Shown one piece after another: positions 38,989 through 48,116 of a stretch of DNA of 64,000 nt. The translations under genes were made by a program, and so were the position numbers. The notes under the pieces were generated by a model, which saw only the letters and a program-made list of their open reading frames with translations, did no database searches and was not told the origin of the DNA. Within the stretch, counting starts at the first letter, position 1; each line of letters opens with the position of its first letter. The stretch covers positions 64,525 to 128,524 of the forward strand of contig JBJKUR010000008.1 of assembly GCA_045563055.1 (NCBI GenBank), read 5' to 3'. Origin of the DNA: Alphaproteobacteria bacterium. Its GTDB lineage: Bacteria; Pseudomonadota; Alphaproteobacteria; Methylaequorales; Methylaequoraceae.

Positions 38989-39798
38989 TTACTGACAATT
39001 TTCTATATCTACCTTTGTGCCTAAAAGTTCATCTCCATTGTAATTATTTTTTACACCTTTTATTGTAGAGGCATCTTCGAAATCAAAGCCGGTACTTATT
39101 CTTATGTATTTATCATCGATACACTTTTTATGAGACGGATCGAACCCTACCCAACCTAAATTATTTATAAAAATTTCTACCCATGCGTGAGTGGTATGTT
39201 CACCTGAAACCGTTTCTTCTAATAAAAAACCATTAATATATCTTGCTGGGAGTTGGTTAAGCCTCGCCGCGCTGATAAGGATGTGAGCAAAATCCTGACA
39301 GACACCCTTTTTTTGCTTCAAAGCGTCCTCTGAACTAGTAGATGTTGTCGTTGACCCACTTACGTATTTGATAGAGTTTGAGACTATTAAATTAAGCTTA
39401 TGGGCAAATTCTATTTGGTTTTTATTATTTTTTTTTGCATTTACCGAAATTTTCTCAATGTTTTTGCACGGTTTTGTTAAGTCTGTTTCTCTTAGAAAAC
39501 AAAGCGGATTAACTTTTTCTTTCAAACCTTTTACTAAACCAGATAAATCTTTTGTTTTTAATATTCCTTTTGAAGTAATTTTAAGTTGTCCACGAAAATT
39601 ATTAATAAAAATATTTTGTATTCTATGTCCTAAGGCATCAGTGTGTGACTCTAATATTTTTCCATTACTTGAGAACGTTTTCCATTCTATAATTTCCTGA
39701 TTATCGCATACCGATGGATAAAGTTTTAAACACTGAATAAGCCTGGGCACTGTTGAACTATATTCATAGGTTGTTGAGTGAGTGATTTTAATATTCAT
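38989..39798 (-). CDS. transglutaminase-like cysteine peptidase-fold protein
   Basis: GVCQDFAHILISAARLNQLPARYINGF (Cys), ..HAWVEIF.. (His) and ..GFDPSH.. (Asp) form the transglutaminase-core triad. Confidence 0.85.
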   Translation of the reverse strand: MNIKITHSTTYEYSSTVPRLIQCLKLYPSVCDNQEIIEWKTFSSNGKILESHTDALGHRIQNIFINNFRGQLKITSKGILKTKDLSGLVKGLKEKVNPLCFLRETDLTKPCKNIEKISVNAKKNNKNQIEFAHKLNLIVSNSIKYVSGSTTTSTSSEDALKQKKGVCQDFAHILISAARLNQLPARYINGFLLEETVSGEHTTHAWVEIFINNLGWVGFDPSHKKCIDDKYIRISTGFDFEDASTIKGVKNNYNGDELLGTKVDIENCQ

Positions 39799-40754
39799 GT
39801 TTCTGAACCGAAAAAGTATTTTTGTTCAAATTTTTTATAAACGATATTTATTTCTTCAATAAAGGATTTTAGAAATTCATGCAAACCAATTTCTGTAATT
39901 TTATTAGCATTTAGATTTTTTATTTTTCTATACATTTCTCCCATTTTTTTATTTGAAACAGAAGTTTGTTTATAAAATTTTGACAGCCTTCCTAAATGAT
40001 GATTAATTTTTTCTATTGAGAAAATTAGAGATCTTGGGCAAGTCATATTCAGAATTAAAAAATCTATAATTTTAGTGTATGTAATTTCTTGTCCTCCATA
40101 CGCCCATTTAAATGCCCTGAATGATGAAATTGACCTCAACATCAAACTCCATTGAAAATTGTCAATATCACCTCCGACATAGTTTATGCTTGGAAGTAAA
40201 ATAAAATATTTAACATTAATAATTCTTGCAGTAAAATCTGCTCTTTCAAAATAAGTTCCTAATATTAAAAAATCATAACCATCATTAATTAGTTGGGTGT
40301 TAAGTATTGTGCCTCTAATTAAATTCACTTGTTTTTTTATCCATTCAATAATTTGAGGCAACTCTTTTAAGATATTTTTTGTATCTTTTAAATTTTTATC
40401 TAGTTCATGATAAGAGGAATTAATTGCATTCCAAACCTCTAAAGTAACAGCAGTTCTGACCATTCTTATATTTTCTCTTGCTGTTTTTATACAGTTTTTA
40501 ACTGAAGAAGAGTTTTCTGGATCAAAAAGAAGAAAGAAAATAATTTTCTCTTTAGATATTGTTTTATATTTTTTTAAATATTCATTTTTAATTCCTGAGG
40601 TTTCCAGAATTGATTCCCATTCATTTGTATAACCTCTTTCAGTATTAGGAATCAAAGAAATTCTGTATCCAACCTCTAGGAGTCTAGCTAAAGAATCGGC
40701 TCGTTCTATATATCTTGCCGACCAAAATAAATTTTCTGCAGTTCTACTTAGCAT
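39795..40754 (-). CDS. alpha-E domain protein (DUF403)
   Basis: MLSRTAENLFWSARYIERAD is the characteristic alpha-E N-terminus. Overlaps the transglutaminase gene by 4 nt. Confidence 0.8.
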   Translation of the reverse strand: MLSRTAENLFWSARYIERADSLARLLEVGYRISLIPNTERGYTNEWESILETSGIKNEYLKKYKTISKEKIIFFLLFDPENSSSVKNCIKTARENIRMVRTAVTLEVWNAINSSYHELDKNLKDTKNILKELPQIIEWIKKQVNLIRGTILNTQLINDGYDFLILGTYFERADFTARIINVKYFILLPSINYVGGDIDNFQWSLMLRSISSFRAFKWAYGGQEITYTKIIDFLILNMTCPRSLIFSIEKINHHLGRLSKFYKQTSVSNKKMGEMYRKIKNLNANKITEIGLHEFLKSFIEEINIVYKKFEQKYFFGSET

Positions 40755-40759
40755 ATTAA

Positions 40760-42166
40760 CTATTCATTAAGTATCCATGTATCTTTAACTCCTCCACCTT
40801 GAGAAGAATTAACCACTAATGACCCTTGATTTAAAGCAACCCTTGTTAATCCACCATTAACTAATTTTGTTTTATTTGCTCCAACCAAACAAAATGGTCT
40901 AAGATCAACGTGTCTTGGCGACAATTTTTTTTTATCAAAGACTGGTACCGAGGATAATTCAAGTATGGGTTGGGCTATATAGTTTGCTGGATTTAAAAGG
41001 ATTTTTTTTCGAAAAATTCCAATTTCTTTTTTTGACGATTTACTTCCAATTAATAAACCATAACCACCAGAGCCATGGACTTCTTTAACAACTAATTTAC
41101 TTAAATTATTTAGAACGTATTTTTTTGCACCTTCTTCACAACATCGCCAAGTTCTTACATTTTCTAGAATTGGTTCTTCTCCCAGGTAAAATTTAATTAT
41201 TTCAGGTATGTAAGAATAAATAGCTTTATCGTCAGCGATACCTGAACCTGGAGCGGAACAAATATTTACATTACCAGACTTATATGAATCAAATAAGCCA
41301 GGAATTCCAATAAGTGAGGAACTATCAAAAGTGATTGGATCAATGAATTTATCATCAATTCTTCTGTAAATTATATCAACTTTTTCTGGTCCCCTAGTTG
41401 TTTTCATATATGTTATAGATTCATCAACGAAAAGGTCATTTCCTTGAACTAATTCAACCCCCATAAGGTCAGCTAGAAAACTATGTTCATAATATGCGCT
41501 ATTTAAAGAGCCAGGCGTAAGTATTACTACTTTTGGTTCTTTACCACATTTTTCTGGGGCTAGACTTTTTAGAACATCTAACAAATAATTTGGATAGTTT
41601 TCTACAGTTTCGATTTTTAATTTTTCAAATAATTCTGGAAACATTCTCATCATTATTTCTCTATTTTCAATCATATATGAAACTCCAGATGGAGTTCGAC
41701 AATTGTCCTCAAGAACTTTAAAAAGTTTTTCGTTAATTCTTACAATATCAGATCCAATAATTGGACTGTAAATTCTCTTAGGAACCTTAAAACCAATCAT
41801 TTTAATTTCATATGCAGGGTTTTTATAAATCAAATTTTCTGGTATTAATTTTGCTTTTATAATTTCACCAGAATTATAAATATCATTTAGAAAGGCATTA
41901 ATGGCTAATGCTCTTTGAATAACTCCTTTTTTAATTTTTTTCCATTCTGTTGACGAGATTATTCTTGGAAACATATCAAATGGAATTAAGCGCTCAGTAG
42001 AATCAAAGTTATTATATACAGAAAATGTAATACCTATCTTTTTAAAAAGATTTTCAGCTTCAGTTTTCTTTTTAACAATTACATTTTCGGGTAAAGATTT
42101 AGCCCAATCATATATTTGATTGTAAAATTTTCTTACTTTTGAGTTTTTATAAACTTCGTTGTACAT
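40760..42166 (-). CDS. circularly permuted ATP-grasp protein (type 2; DUF404/DUF407)
   Basis: 468 aa. Conserved three-gene context with alpha-E and transglutaminase genes (the COG2308/COG2307/COG1305 arrangement), plus ..VVKEVHGSGGYGLLIG.. ATP-grasp-like segments. Confidence 0.75.
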   Translation of the reverse strand: MYNEVYKNSKVRKFYNQIYDWAKSLPENVIVKKKTEAENLFKKIGITFSVYNNFDSTERLIPFDMFPRIISSTEWKKIKKGVIQRALAINAFLNDIYNSGEIIKAKLIPENLIYKNPAYEIKMIGFKVPKRIYSPIIGSDIVRINEKLFKVLEDNCRTPSGVSYMIENREIMMRMFPELFEKLKIETVENYPNYLLDVLKSLAPEKCGKEPKVVILTPGSLNSAYYEHSFLADLMGVELVQGNDLFVDESITYMKTTRGPEKVDIIYRRIDDKFIDPITFDSSSLIGIPGLFDSYKSGNVNICSAPGSGIADDKAIYSYIPEIIKFYLGEEPILENVRTWRCCEEGAKKYVLNNLSKLVVKEVHGSGGYGLLIGSKSSKKEIGIFRKKILLNPANYIAQPILELSSVPVFDKKKLSPRHVDLRPFCLVGANKTKLVNGGLTRVALNQGSLVVNSSQGGGVKDTWILNE

Positions 42167-42207
42167 CTTCTTTCACTTATTATCGGAGTGGAAGGAGACA
42201 GATGGAT

Positions 42208-42253
42208 GCGTTCCTTCGGTTTCAAACCTACTTCCGACCATAATGGTTGAACG
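42208..42253 (-). promoter_or_regulatory. candidate glutamine riboswitch (glnA RNA motif-like aptamer) in the 5' leader of the ATP-grasp operon
   Basis: The minus strand reads CGTTCA-ACC-ATTAT-GGT-CGGAAGTAGG-TTTGAAA-CCGAAGGAACGC. It has a P1 CGTTC/GAACG, a small ACC/GGT hairpin, and AGUA opposite GAA (loop-E signature). The blocks match my recollection of the glnA-motif consensus. It lies 41 nt upstream of the ATG. Confidence 0.5.
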
Positions 42254-42313
42254 TTTATTTGAGATTATAACTAATCATTTTCCAAAGCAAGAATTATTTG
42301 GTTTGTGTTATTA

Positions 42314-42366
42314 CTAGTCGGACTCAAACGGACATGAACCGAAGTTTAACGGATTTTGAATCAGTG
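42314..42366 (-). repeat. decayed partial copy (3' half) of tRNA-Leu(CAA), direct repeat B
   Basis: ctagtcggactcaaacggacatgaaccgaagtttaacggattttgaatcagtg versus tRNA positions 44220-44272: about 48 of 52 nt identical, same orientation. The acceptor end and the 5' half are absent. Confidence 0.75.
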
Positions 42367-42442
42367 ATATTTTTCCTGAAAGACACTCTCATTCAGGGTC
42401 TCAATTTACTCTCACACTTTTTTTAGAATATCTTTAGGAACT

Positions 42443-42468
42443 AAATTAAGTCAGAAATGACTTAATTT
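42443..42468 (-). terminator. perfect 11-bp inverted repeat hairpin at the end of the lipoprotein gene
   Basis: aaattaagtca-gaaa-tgacttaattt overlaps the stop codon by 2 nt. T-rich on both sides. The stem is AT-rich, so terminator function is uncertain. Confidence 0.35.
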
Positions 42469-42796
42469 ATTTTTCGCAACCTTTCACATCCATTGCTTTC
42501 CTTACAGCCTCTTTTTCACCTTTTACAATTGCAAGTTCTGAAGCTTCAACACCATCACCAGTTCCAAATCCAAGAAGCAAAGCTTGCACTAAGCTAGACT
42601 TTCTTCGCCCTTCTTGAGCAATTGTAAGTTGGTCTTCTCTTCTTGCTAAAGCATTAATTTCAACTGCCAATCTTTCACACTCATAATTTTCATATTTCAT
42701 TCCTGAAGTATATGAGCCTGTAATCTGAGCTGCTGGTGTAGGCATATTACATGAGACAAGTAAAAGTAAATTAAATAAAATAAGGACAGACTTCAT
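42467..42796 (-). CDS. small lipoprotein, unknown function
   Basis: MKSVLILFNLLLLVSC: signal peptide plus a lipobox (L-V-S-C). 109 aa. Confidence 0.7.
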   Translation of the reverse strand: MKSVLILFNLLLLVSCNMPTPAAQITGSYTSGMKYENYECERLAVEINALARREDQLTIAQEGRRKSSLVQALLLGFGTGDGVEASELAIVKGEKEAVRKAMDVKGCEK

Positions 42797-42845
42797 CTCA
42801 ATATCTAATCATAAAAATTCATTCAGGAAAAGAAAATTAATTTTA

Positions 42846-42908
42846 TGGTACCCTAGTCCGACTAGAACGGACATGAACCGAAGTTCAACGGATTATGAAT
42901 CAGTTGCG
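42846..42908 (-). repeat. decayed partial copy (3' half incl. CCA end) of tRNA-Leu(CAA), direct repeat A
   Basis: tggtaccc-tagtccgactagaacggacatgaaccgaagttcaacggattatgaatcagttgcg versus 44213-44276: about 59 of 63 nt identical with one 1-nt gap, same orientation. Confidence 0.8.
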
Positions 42909-43104
42909 TTTGATCGTAAGTTATTAATTTAAATACATAAAGTTTTTTCTATCAAACTCTCCTATCAAACTTTTTTTAAAATTTCTAAGGATATCTCTAT
43001 AATTATATTCTCATTAATATTTTCCATTATATTTTAATACCTTTTATGAATAAGTTTTGTTTAATATCTATAAAATTTGAAATATCTATTTGATTAATAA
43101 AAAA

Positions 43105-44082
43105 TTAAGTAATCTCTCTTGAGAGTTCATTCGCACTTAAGAATGCACCTTCCACTCTGCTATTAACTAACCAATCACCGCAAACTGCAATTTTATTTTC
43201 ATGATCAATAAAATAATTTTCTTTTGGAGAACATTCGGCTTCGACATACCTCCATTGATGAATTTTTATCATAGATGATTTGAATAAATCATAATTTATT
43301 AAGTTACTAGATATATTTAACAAATGTTTTAAAACTTTATCATTTGGAGTATTGATATTTCTAGTAGCGTACTCGTATGAAGAGTTAATTAGCAAACAAT
43401 GATTTTTCATTCTAAACGGTTTTGAATTATTTAGGGCTAACCATGCAATATCTTTGTTTTCAATAAATGCTGCATCAAAATCTAATTGTAATGATTTATC
43501 CATTCCAACCATCAAAGAATAGCACCCTTTCATTTTAATTTTTTTTACATTGGGATAAAAGGAAGTTTTATCTGAAATTATATCAAGAGATTGCTCAGCT
43601 GGAAGACTTAATATAACCCAATCATACATTCCGTGAGGTTTTTTATTTTGGTCATAAAGTTCCCATTTATCATTTTTTCGTTTAATTCTTTCAATTTTTG
43701 TATCTAAAATCAAATTACAATCTCTAGAGATGTATTTTAAAATGGAATCCATATTTGGAACTCCAACATAAAATTTATCAGCATTTTTGATTATTTTAAT
43801 TTCTCTTAAATGATTTCCTTCAAAATATGCAAGTTTAAAACTCCAAGGTTGAATAATTTCTTGTGTAAACAATTGTGAGAAAAATTTTTTACATTCAGTT
43901 GTTTTAATTTTGAAAAATTGAGCTCCATGATCAAAAATAAAAGGAGATTCTTTTCTGGTTGACATTCTTCCACCTACTTCTCGTGATTTTTCAAAGATTT
44001 TTACATTGAATTTATCTTTCATTATGCAGGCAAAAGTGATTCCTGCCAAACCAGCACCTATCACTGCTATTTTTTTATTCAT
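43105..44082 (-). CDS. NAD/FAD-dependent oxidoreductase (renalase-like, COG3380-type)
   Basis: KIAVIGAGLAGITFACIM (GxGxxG) followed by ..EKSREVGGRMSTR.. typical of this amine-oxidase-fold family. Confidence 0.7.
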   Translation of the reverse strand: MNKKIAVIGAGLAGITFACIMKDKFNVKIFEKSREVGGRMSTRKESPFIFDHGAQFFKIKTTECKKFFSQLFTQEIIQPWSFKLAYFEGNHLREIKIIKNADKFYVGVPNMDSILKYISRDCNLILDTKIERIKRKNDKWELYDQNKKPHGMYDWVILSLPAEQSLDIISDKTSFYPNVKKIKMKGCYSLMVGMDKSLQLDFDAAFIENKDIAWLALNNSKPFRMKNHCLLINSSYEYATRNINTPNDKVLKHLLNISSNLINYDLFKSSMIKIHQWRYVEAECSPKENYFIDHENKIAVCGDWLVNSRVEGAFLSANELSREIT

Positions 44083-44212
44083 TTTCTAATTTATCCTGTA
44101 AAAAACCATACCAATCGGAATGTCGGAGTGTACAAATCTCCTCAGTCATCCCATTCATATTATCACATTACATGTCACTAAGTTTTTAAAATTTTATAAG
44201 ATATTCCGTAAA

Positions 44213-44299
44213 TGGTACCCCTAGTCCGACTCGAACGGACATGAACCGAAGTTCAACGGATTTTGAATCCGTCGCGTCTACCAATTCCGCCATAGGGGC
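44213..44299 (-). tRNA. tRNA-Leu (anticodon CAA), type II with long variable arm, CCA encoded
   Basis: The minus strand reads GCCCCTATGGCGGAATTGGTAGACGCGACGGATTCAAAATCCGTTGAACTTCGGTTCATGTCCGTTCGAGTCGGACTAGGGGTACCA. It has an anticodon stem ACGGA/TCCGT with loop TTCAAAA, a T-arm GTCCG-TTCGAGT-CGGAC, and an acceptor GCCCCTA/TAGGGGT (G1-U72 wobble). Confidence 0.9.
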
Positions 44300-44392
44300 A
44301 TGTTGAAGAAATTTTATTAAAATTATTATAACAAAAAAATAGTATATTTTTCTTTTTACAACAATATTTTTAAATTTACCTTTGGAAAAACA

Positions 44393-45112
44393 TTAAATAT
44401 TTGTAATGACATACTCTTTAGCTTTAAAAAAGGAAGTCTGATAATACTGAGAAATTAAATCGTACCCATTTTTATGAAGTATTTTATAAATAGGTTTATG
44501 GAAAATTTCTTTAGTATTCTTAACATGTATCTCTACTGTTATAATCTTAGGTCTAAAATTTTTAAAGCTCACTCCCTTTAGGACCTCAACCTCATGACCT
44601 TCGACATCAATATTCAATAATTCAATATTTTTTGGAATTCCATATTCTTTCACAACATGATTCAGTGTTCTTTTCTTTATTTTTCTAACAGAAAATTTTT
44701 GATTAATTTTTTTTGACCATTTTTCAGCCCAGCTTTTTTCAAGTGTATTCAATCCTGATCCCGATGAAAAAATATAAGTATTAACAGTTCCTCTATTGGA
44801 AGAAATTGCACAATTAATCGACTGATCTTTTGGTCTTAATAATTTGAATAATTTTATGTTGTGCTTATCAATATCAATATTGATACCTGTCCAACCCCTC
44901 TTATACAAATTATATGTTAAAGAACCGTTTACTGGATGAAGGGCACCTACATCAACGAAAAAACCATTTTTATGTTTAAAAATTTTATTAATTAGAACAT
45001 CCTCACCCATAGCTCCGAATGTTTTGAAATACATTAATCTGTACTTCAAATATCGATAAAGGTGGTAAACAAGTAAATTTTTAATGTATTTTTTTTTAAA
45101 ATTTTTTATCAT
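44393..45112 (-). CDS. FkbM-family methyltransferase
   Basis: ..GFFVDVGALHPVNGSLTYNLYKRGWTGINID.. and ..LLNIDVEGHEVEVLKG.. are the Methyltransf_21 hallmarks. Confidence 0.75.
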   Translation of the reverse strand: MIKNFKKKYIKNLLVYHLYRYLKYRLMYFKTFGAMGEDVLINKIFKHKNGFFVDVGALHPVNGSLTYNLYKRGWTGINIDIDKHNIKLFKLLRPKDQSINCAISSNRGTVNTYIFSSGSGLNTLEKSWAEKWSKKINQKFSVRKIKKRTLNHVVKEYGIPKNIELLNIDVEGHEVEVLKGVSFKNFRPKIITVEIHVKNTKEIFHKPIYKILHKNGYDLISQYYQTSFFKAKEYVITNI

Positions 45113-45169
45113 ATATAATCTTAAATTATAATTTAATTATGGCTTACAAAATAGTATATGATTTTTTAA

Positions 45170-45694
45170 ATGTTTAATAAATTTTTAAATATTAGAAAAG
45201 ATAGAAATGAAAAGTTCTACATTAGAAACTACTTTTATTTCATCCTTATAATATCTTTTTTAATTATTATTTCAGCTTATATAATAGAGATATTTTTCAA
45301 ACATCCACCATGTAAATTATGCGAGTATCAACGTATTCCATATTTTATATTAATAATTTTGAGCCCTATTGGAATATTGAAACCAGAGAGAGTCGCGGTG
45401 CTCTATTTATCTATTTTACTTCTTTTTTGTGTTTCATTGATTGCTGGATTTCATTCTCTTGTTGAGAGAAAGTTAATTTTATTCGATACAGGATGTACAT
45501 CAATAAATAATAATTTTGAAAATATTGAAGAGCTAAGAAATTTTTTAGAAAAGGTTCCTATTGTAAAATGTGATGAGATATTATTTTCAATTCTTGGGTT
45601 GTCTTTAGCCAATTTAAACTTGATGATTTCTATTTTTTTAATATTATTAGGAATGTTTATTGTAAGAAAACATGGTCAAAAAATTCAGAAATAA
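45170..45694 (+). CDS. dsbB: disulfide bond formation protein B family
   Basis: 4 TM helices, the PPCKLCEYQRIPYF motif (CxxC followed by QR) and a second Cys pair (..GCTS...KC..) in the second loop. Confidence 0.7.
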   Translation: MFNKFLNIRKDRNEKFYIRNYFYFILIISFLIIISAYIIEIFFKHPPCKLCEYQRIPYFILIILSPIGILKPERVAVLYLSILLLFCVSLIAGFHSLVERKLILFDTGCTSINNNFENIEELRNFLEKVPIVKCDEILFSILGLSLANLNLMISIFLILLGMFIVRKHGQKIQK

Positions 45695-46196
45695 AATAGA
45701 TGAGATAATTAGAGTGAATCATGCAGGTGAGTTCGGAGCGCAAAGAATTTACTCTGGTCAGATAAAATTTAGTAAAGATAAAAAACTTAAAGATAAACTA
45801 AAAAAAATTGTACAAGAAGAATACGAACATTACGATTATTTTAATAATGCTATGTTAGAAAAAAGAACAAGACCAACTCTTATGAGTCCCTTGTGGTATT
45901 ATGGAGGATATGCTGCAGGTGCTATTACATCTTTAATGGGAGAAAGGTATGTTCTTGCCTGTACCGAAGCTGTTGAGGAAGTGATAGTAGAGCATTATGA
46001 AGAGCAAATACAGTTTCTTAAAAAAAACGGCCTAGAGAAAAAACTAATGAACAAGATAAAAAGGTTTAAAGCTGATGAAGATGCTCATAGAAGTTATGCT
46101 GAGGATTCAAACTTAAATAAAAAGGGTGTAAAAGCCTTTAAAGATATTACGAAGTCAATTACTAGATTGGCAATAAAGATATCAAAAAAAATCTAG
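45672..46196 (+). CDS. coq7: demethoxyubiquinone hydroxylase (COQ7 family di-iron carboxylate protein)
   Basis: RVNHAGEFGAQRIYSGQ, ..EEYEHYDYF.. and ..ADEDAHRS.. match the repeated E-x-x-H di-iron motifs. Confidence 0.85.
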   Translation: MVKKFRNKIDEIIRVNHAGEFGAQRIYSGQIKFSKDKKLKDKLKKIVQEEYEHYDYFNNAMLEKRTRPTLMSPLWYYGGYAAGAITSLMGERYVLACTEAVEEVIVEHYEEQIQFLKKNGLEKKLMNKIKRFKADEDAHRSYAEDSNLNKKGVKAFKDITKSITRLAIKISKKI

Positions 46197-46204
46197 ATTA
46201 GAGA

Positions 46205-46765
46205 TTAAGGTTCTAACTCTGAATCCCAATATAAAAAATCATTCCAGCTTTTATGAAGAAAATTTGGAGGAAACATCCTTCCAATTTCTTTTAACTGAAA
46301 ATTATTAGGTATGCTAGGAAGAACTTTCAAATTGATACCAATTTTTTTTAATGATTTACTTCCTTTCATTGTGTTACATTTTCTACAAGATGTAACTACG
46401 TTCTCCCAAATTGTTTTTCCACCACGAGCTTTCGGAATAACGTGATCAAAGGTTAAATCCTCAACTTTGAAGTTTTCATGACAATATTGACACGTAAATC
46501 TGTCTCTTAAAAAAACATTAAATCTCGTAAAGGCGGCTTTCTCTGGAAGAGGAATATAATCTTTCAATGAGACAACACTTGGAAGTTTAAATTCTGTAGA
46601 TGGAGACCTGACGACTTGGTTGTATTCAGATACAACGTTGACTCTTTGTAAAAAAACAGCTTTTAATGCGTCTTTCCACGACCAAGTTGAAAGAGGGAAA
46701 TAACTCAGAGGTTGATAATCAGCGTTTAGAACTAAAGCTGGACAGTTATTTGGAGATAAAGACAT
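46205..46765 (-). CDS. HNH endonuclease-domain protein
   Basis: CQYCHENF..LTFDHVIPKARGGKTIWENVVTSCRKCNTMKG (C-x-x-C...H...N...C-x-x-C-N). Confidence 0.8.
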   Translation of the reverse strand: MSLSPNNCPALVLNADYQPLSYFPLSTWSWKDALKAVFLQRVNVVSEYNQVVRSPSTEFKLPSVVSLKDYIPLPEKAAFTRFNVFLRDRFTCQYCHENFKVEDLTFDHVIPKARGGKTIWENVVTSCRKCNTMKGSKSLKKIGINLKVLPSIPNNFQLKEIGRMFPPNFLHKSWNDFLYWDSELEP

Positions 46766-46795
46766 ATATAATTATATACTATCTATTAATTTAAT

Positions 46796-47464
46796 TTAAA
46801 TCTTAAATTTATTCTTAATTAAATTTAATCCAAAATCCAGGCCAATATTATCGATTCCATGTCCAAGACCGTTTTGAATATGGTATGTAACATCGAAACC
46901 AAGAGATTTTAACTTTTCGGTGGATTTAAGAGAATAATTTGAATCAATAAGTTCATCTTCTTTTCCATGATAGATGCCAACTGGAAAAGTTGAATTAATA
47001 TTTTTATTAAATAATTTATCATCAAATAAAAGACCTGAGTATGCTAATAGACCAGCAATGTTTTTAGATAGCTTTGGAAGATGATATAACGACATCATTG
47101 CTCCTTGAGAAAATCCAAAAAAAACTATTTGGTTGTTTTCTAAGGAAAATTTTTTTTTAAATTCATCTAGATAATCCATAAGATAAGTGCCTGCTTTTTT
47201 TAATCCCTCCCCAATTTTATCATACGAGGATAAATCAAACCACATGAAAGATTCGACCTCTTCAACACCAGGGTTACCGTCAAATTTACACTTGAAAGGG
47301 GCATTTGGTGCGGCAAATAATGTATTTTTTAAATCTTTCTGCCAAAGTTGACCGATATTTAGAAGATCATTGCCATTTGCTCCATAACCATGGAGAAAAA
47401 TAACTGCACTTTCAATTTTGCGACCTTCTTCTGGCTTAATATACTGCCAATTGGTTAGTGTCAA
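46796..47464 (-). CDS. alpha/beta hydrolase, phospholipase/carboxylesterase family
   Basis: VIFLHGYGANGNDLL, nucleophile elbow GFSQGAMMS and ..HGKEDELI...GHGI... Confidence 0.75.
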   Translation of the reverse strand: MTLTNWQYIKPEEGRKIESAVIFLHGYGANGNDLLNIGQLWQKDLKNTLFAAPNAPFKCKFDGNPGVEEVESFMWFDLSSYDKIGEGLKKAGTYLMDYLDEFKKKFSLENNQIVFFGFSQGAMMSLYHLPKLSKNIAGLLAYSGLLFDDKLFNKNINSTFPVGIYHGKEDELIDSNYSLKSTEKLKSLGFDVTYHIQNGLGHGIDNIGLDFGLNLIKNKFKI

Positions 47465-47564
47465 ATTAGCCTCACAATGTTTTTATAATTGAGTAAATAT
47501 TATGTTTTTTTGGTTTGTCCAAATAAATTATTAAAATTAATTTTTATTCAATTAATTTAAAACT

Positions 47565-48116
47565 TCAAATTTTTTTTTTATTAAAGAGAGAATCAATTTC
47601 TATTTTGAATGATTTTGGAATAGAGTCTTCCATTTTTAGTATTAAAAAATCTATTATTGGAATTATACAATTGGCTTTCAAAAGTTTATTAGTTAATATC
47701 TCATGAATGTTGCAGATATCAAAAGAAATGAAATTATCAACCTCTCCGTCTTGATTTTCAAACTTCATATCAGTTGTCTTTTCAAGCTGATAAATGAAAA
47801 TTATTGCTGAATTAAATTTTTTATCTTCATTATGCATATAATGGACAGTCTTACTTTTTTTTGCTTGGCACATAAATTTTTTTGCTAAACCAGCTTCTTC
47901 AAATGCTTCTTTATATAAGTTTTCGATAATTGAAATTTTAGAAGGTTGTCCTCCTGCAACAAGGTTGTCATAAAGTCCAGGAAAATTTCTAACCTTTTTT
48001 GAACGTACTGCAAGATGAATTACTGTAGAATTTTTATATTTGCTCCATACGTTGCAATGAATACCATATGCTGGTAGACCAAATAGTGATAGTAAATCTC
48101 TTTCAATCTCATACAC
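47565..48116 (-). CDS. NUDIX-family hydrolase (coordinates from first canonical start, GTG 48116; the frame stays open up to 48413)
   Basis: Nudix-box-like GGQPSKISIIENLYKEAFEEAGL. See the finding on the start-less N-terminal extension. Confidence 0.6.
   Translation of the reverse strand: MYEIERDLLSLFGLPAYGIHCNVWSKYKNSTVIHLAVRSKKVRNFPGLYDNLVAGGQPSKISIIENLYKEAFEEAGLAKKFMCQAKKSKTVHYMHNEDKKFNSAIIFIYQLEKTTDMKFENQDGEVDNFISFDICNIHEILTNKLLKANCIIPIIDFLILKMEDSIPKSFKIEIDSLFNKKKI

Noticed and set aside
42208-42253. Alternative reading of the GC-containing leader as an SRP (4.5S) RNA fragment (CCGAAGGAACGCA versus CCGGAAGGAAGCA) or as a tRNA-like element (plus strand ends ..TTCCGACCA).
   Set aside because: No GGAA-tetraloop helix-8 geometry and no extended SRP helix 5 can be drawn, and no T-arm or acceptor pairing exists. 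The three-stem glnA-motif fold explains the conserved blocks much better.
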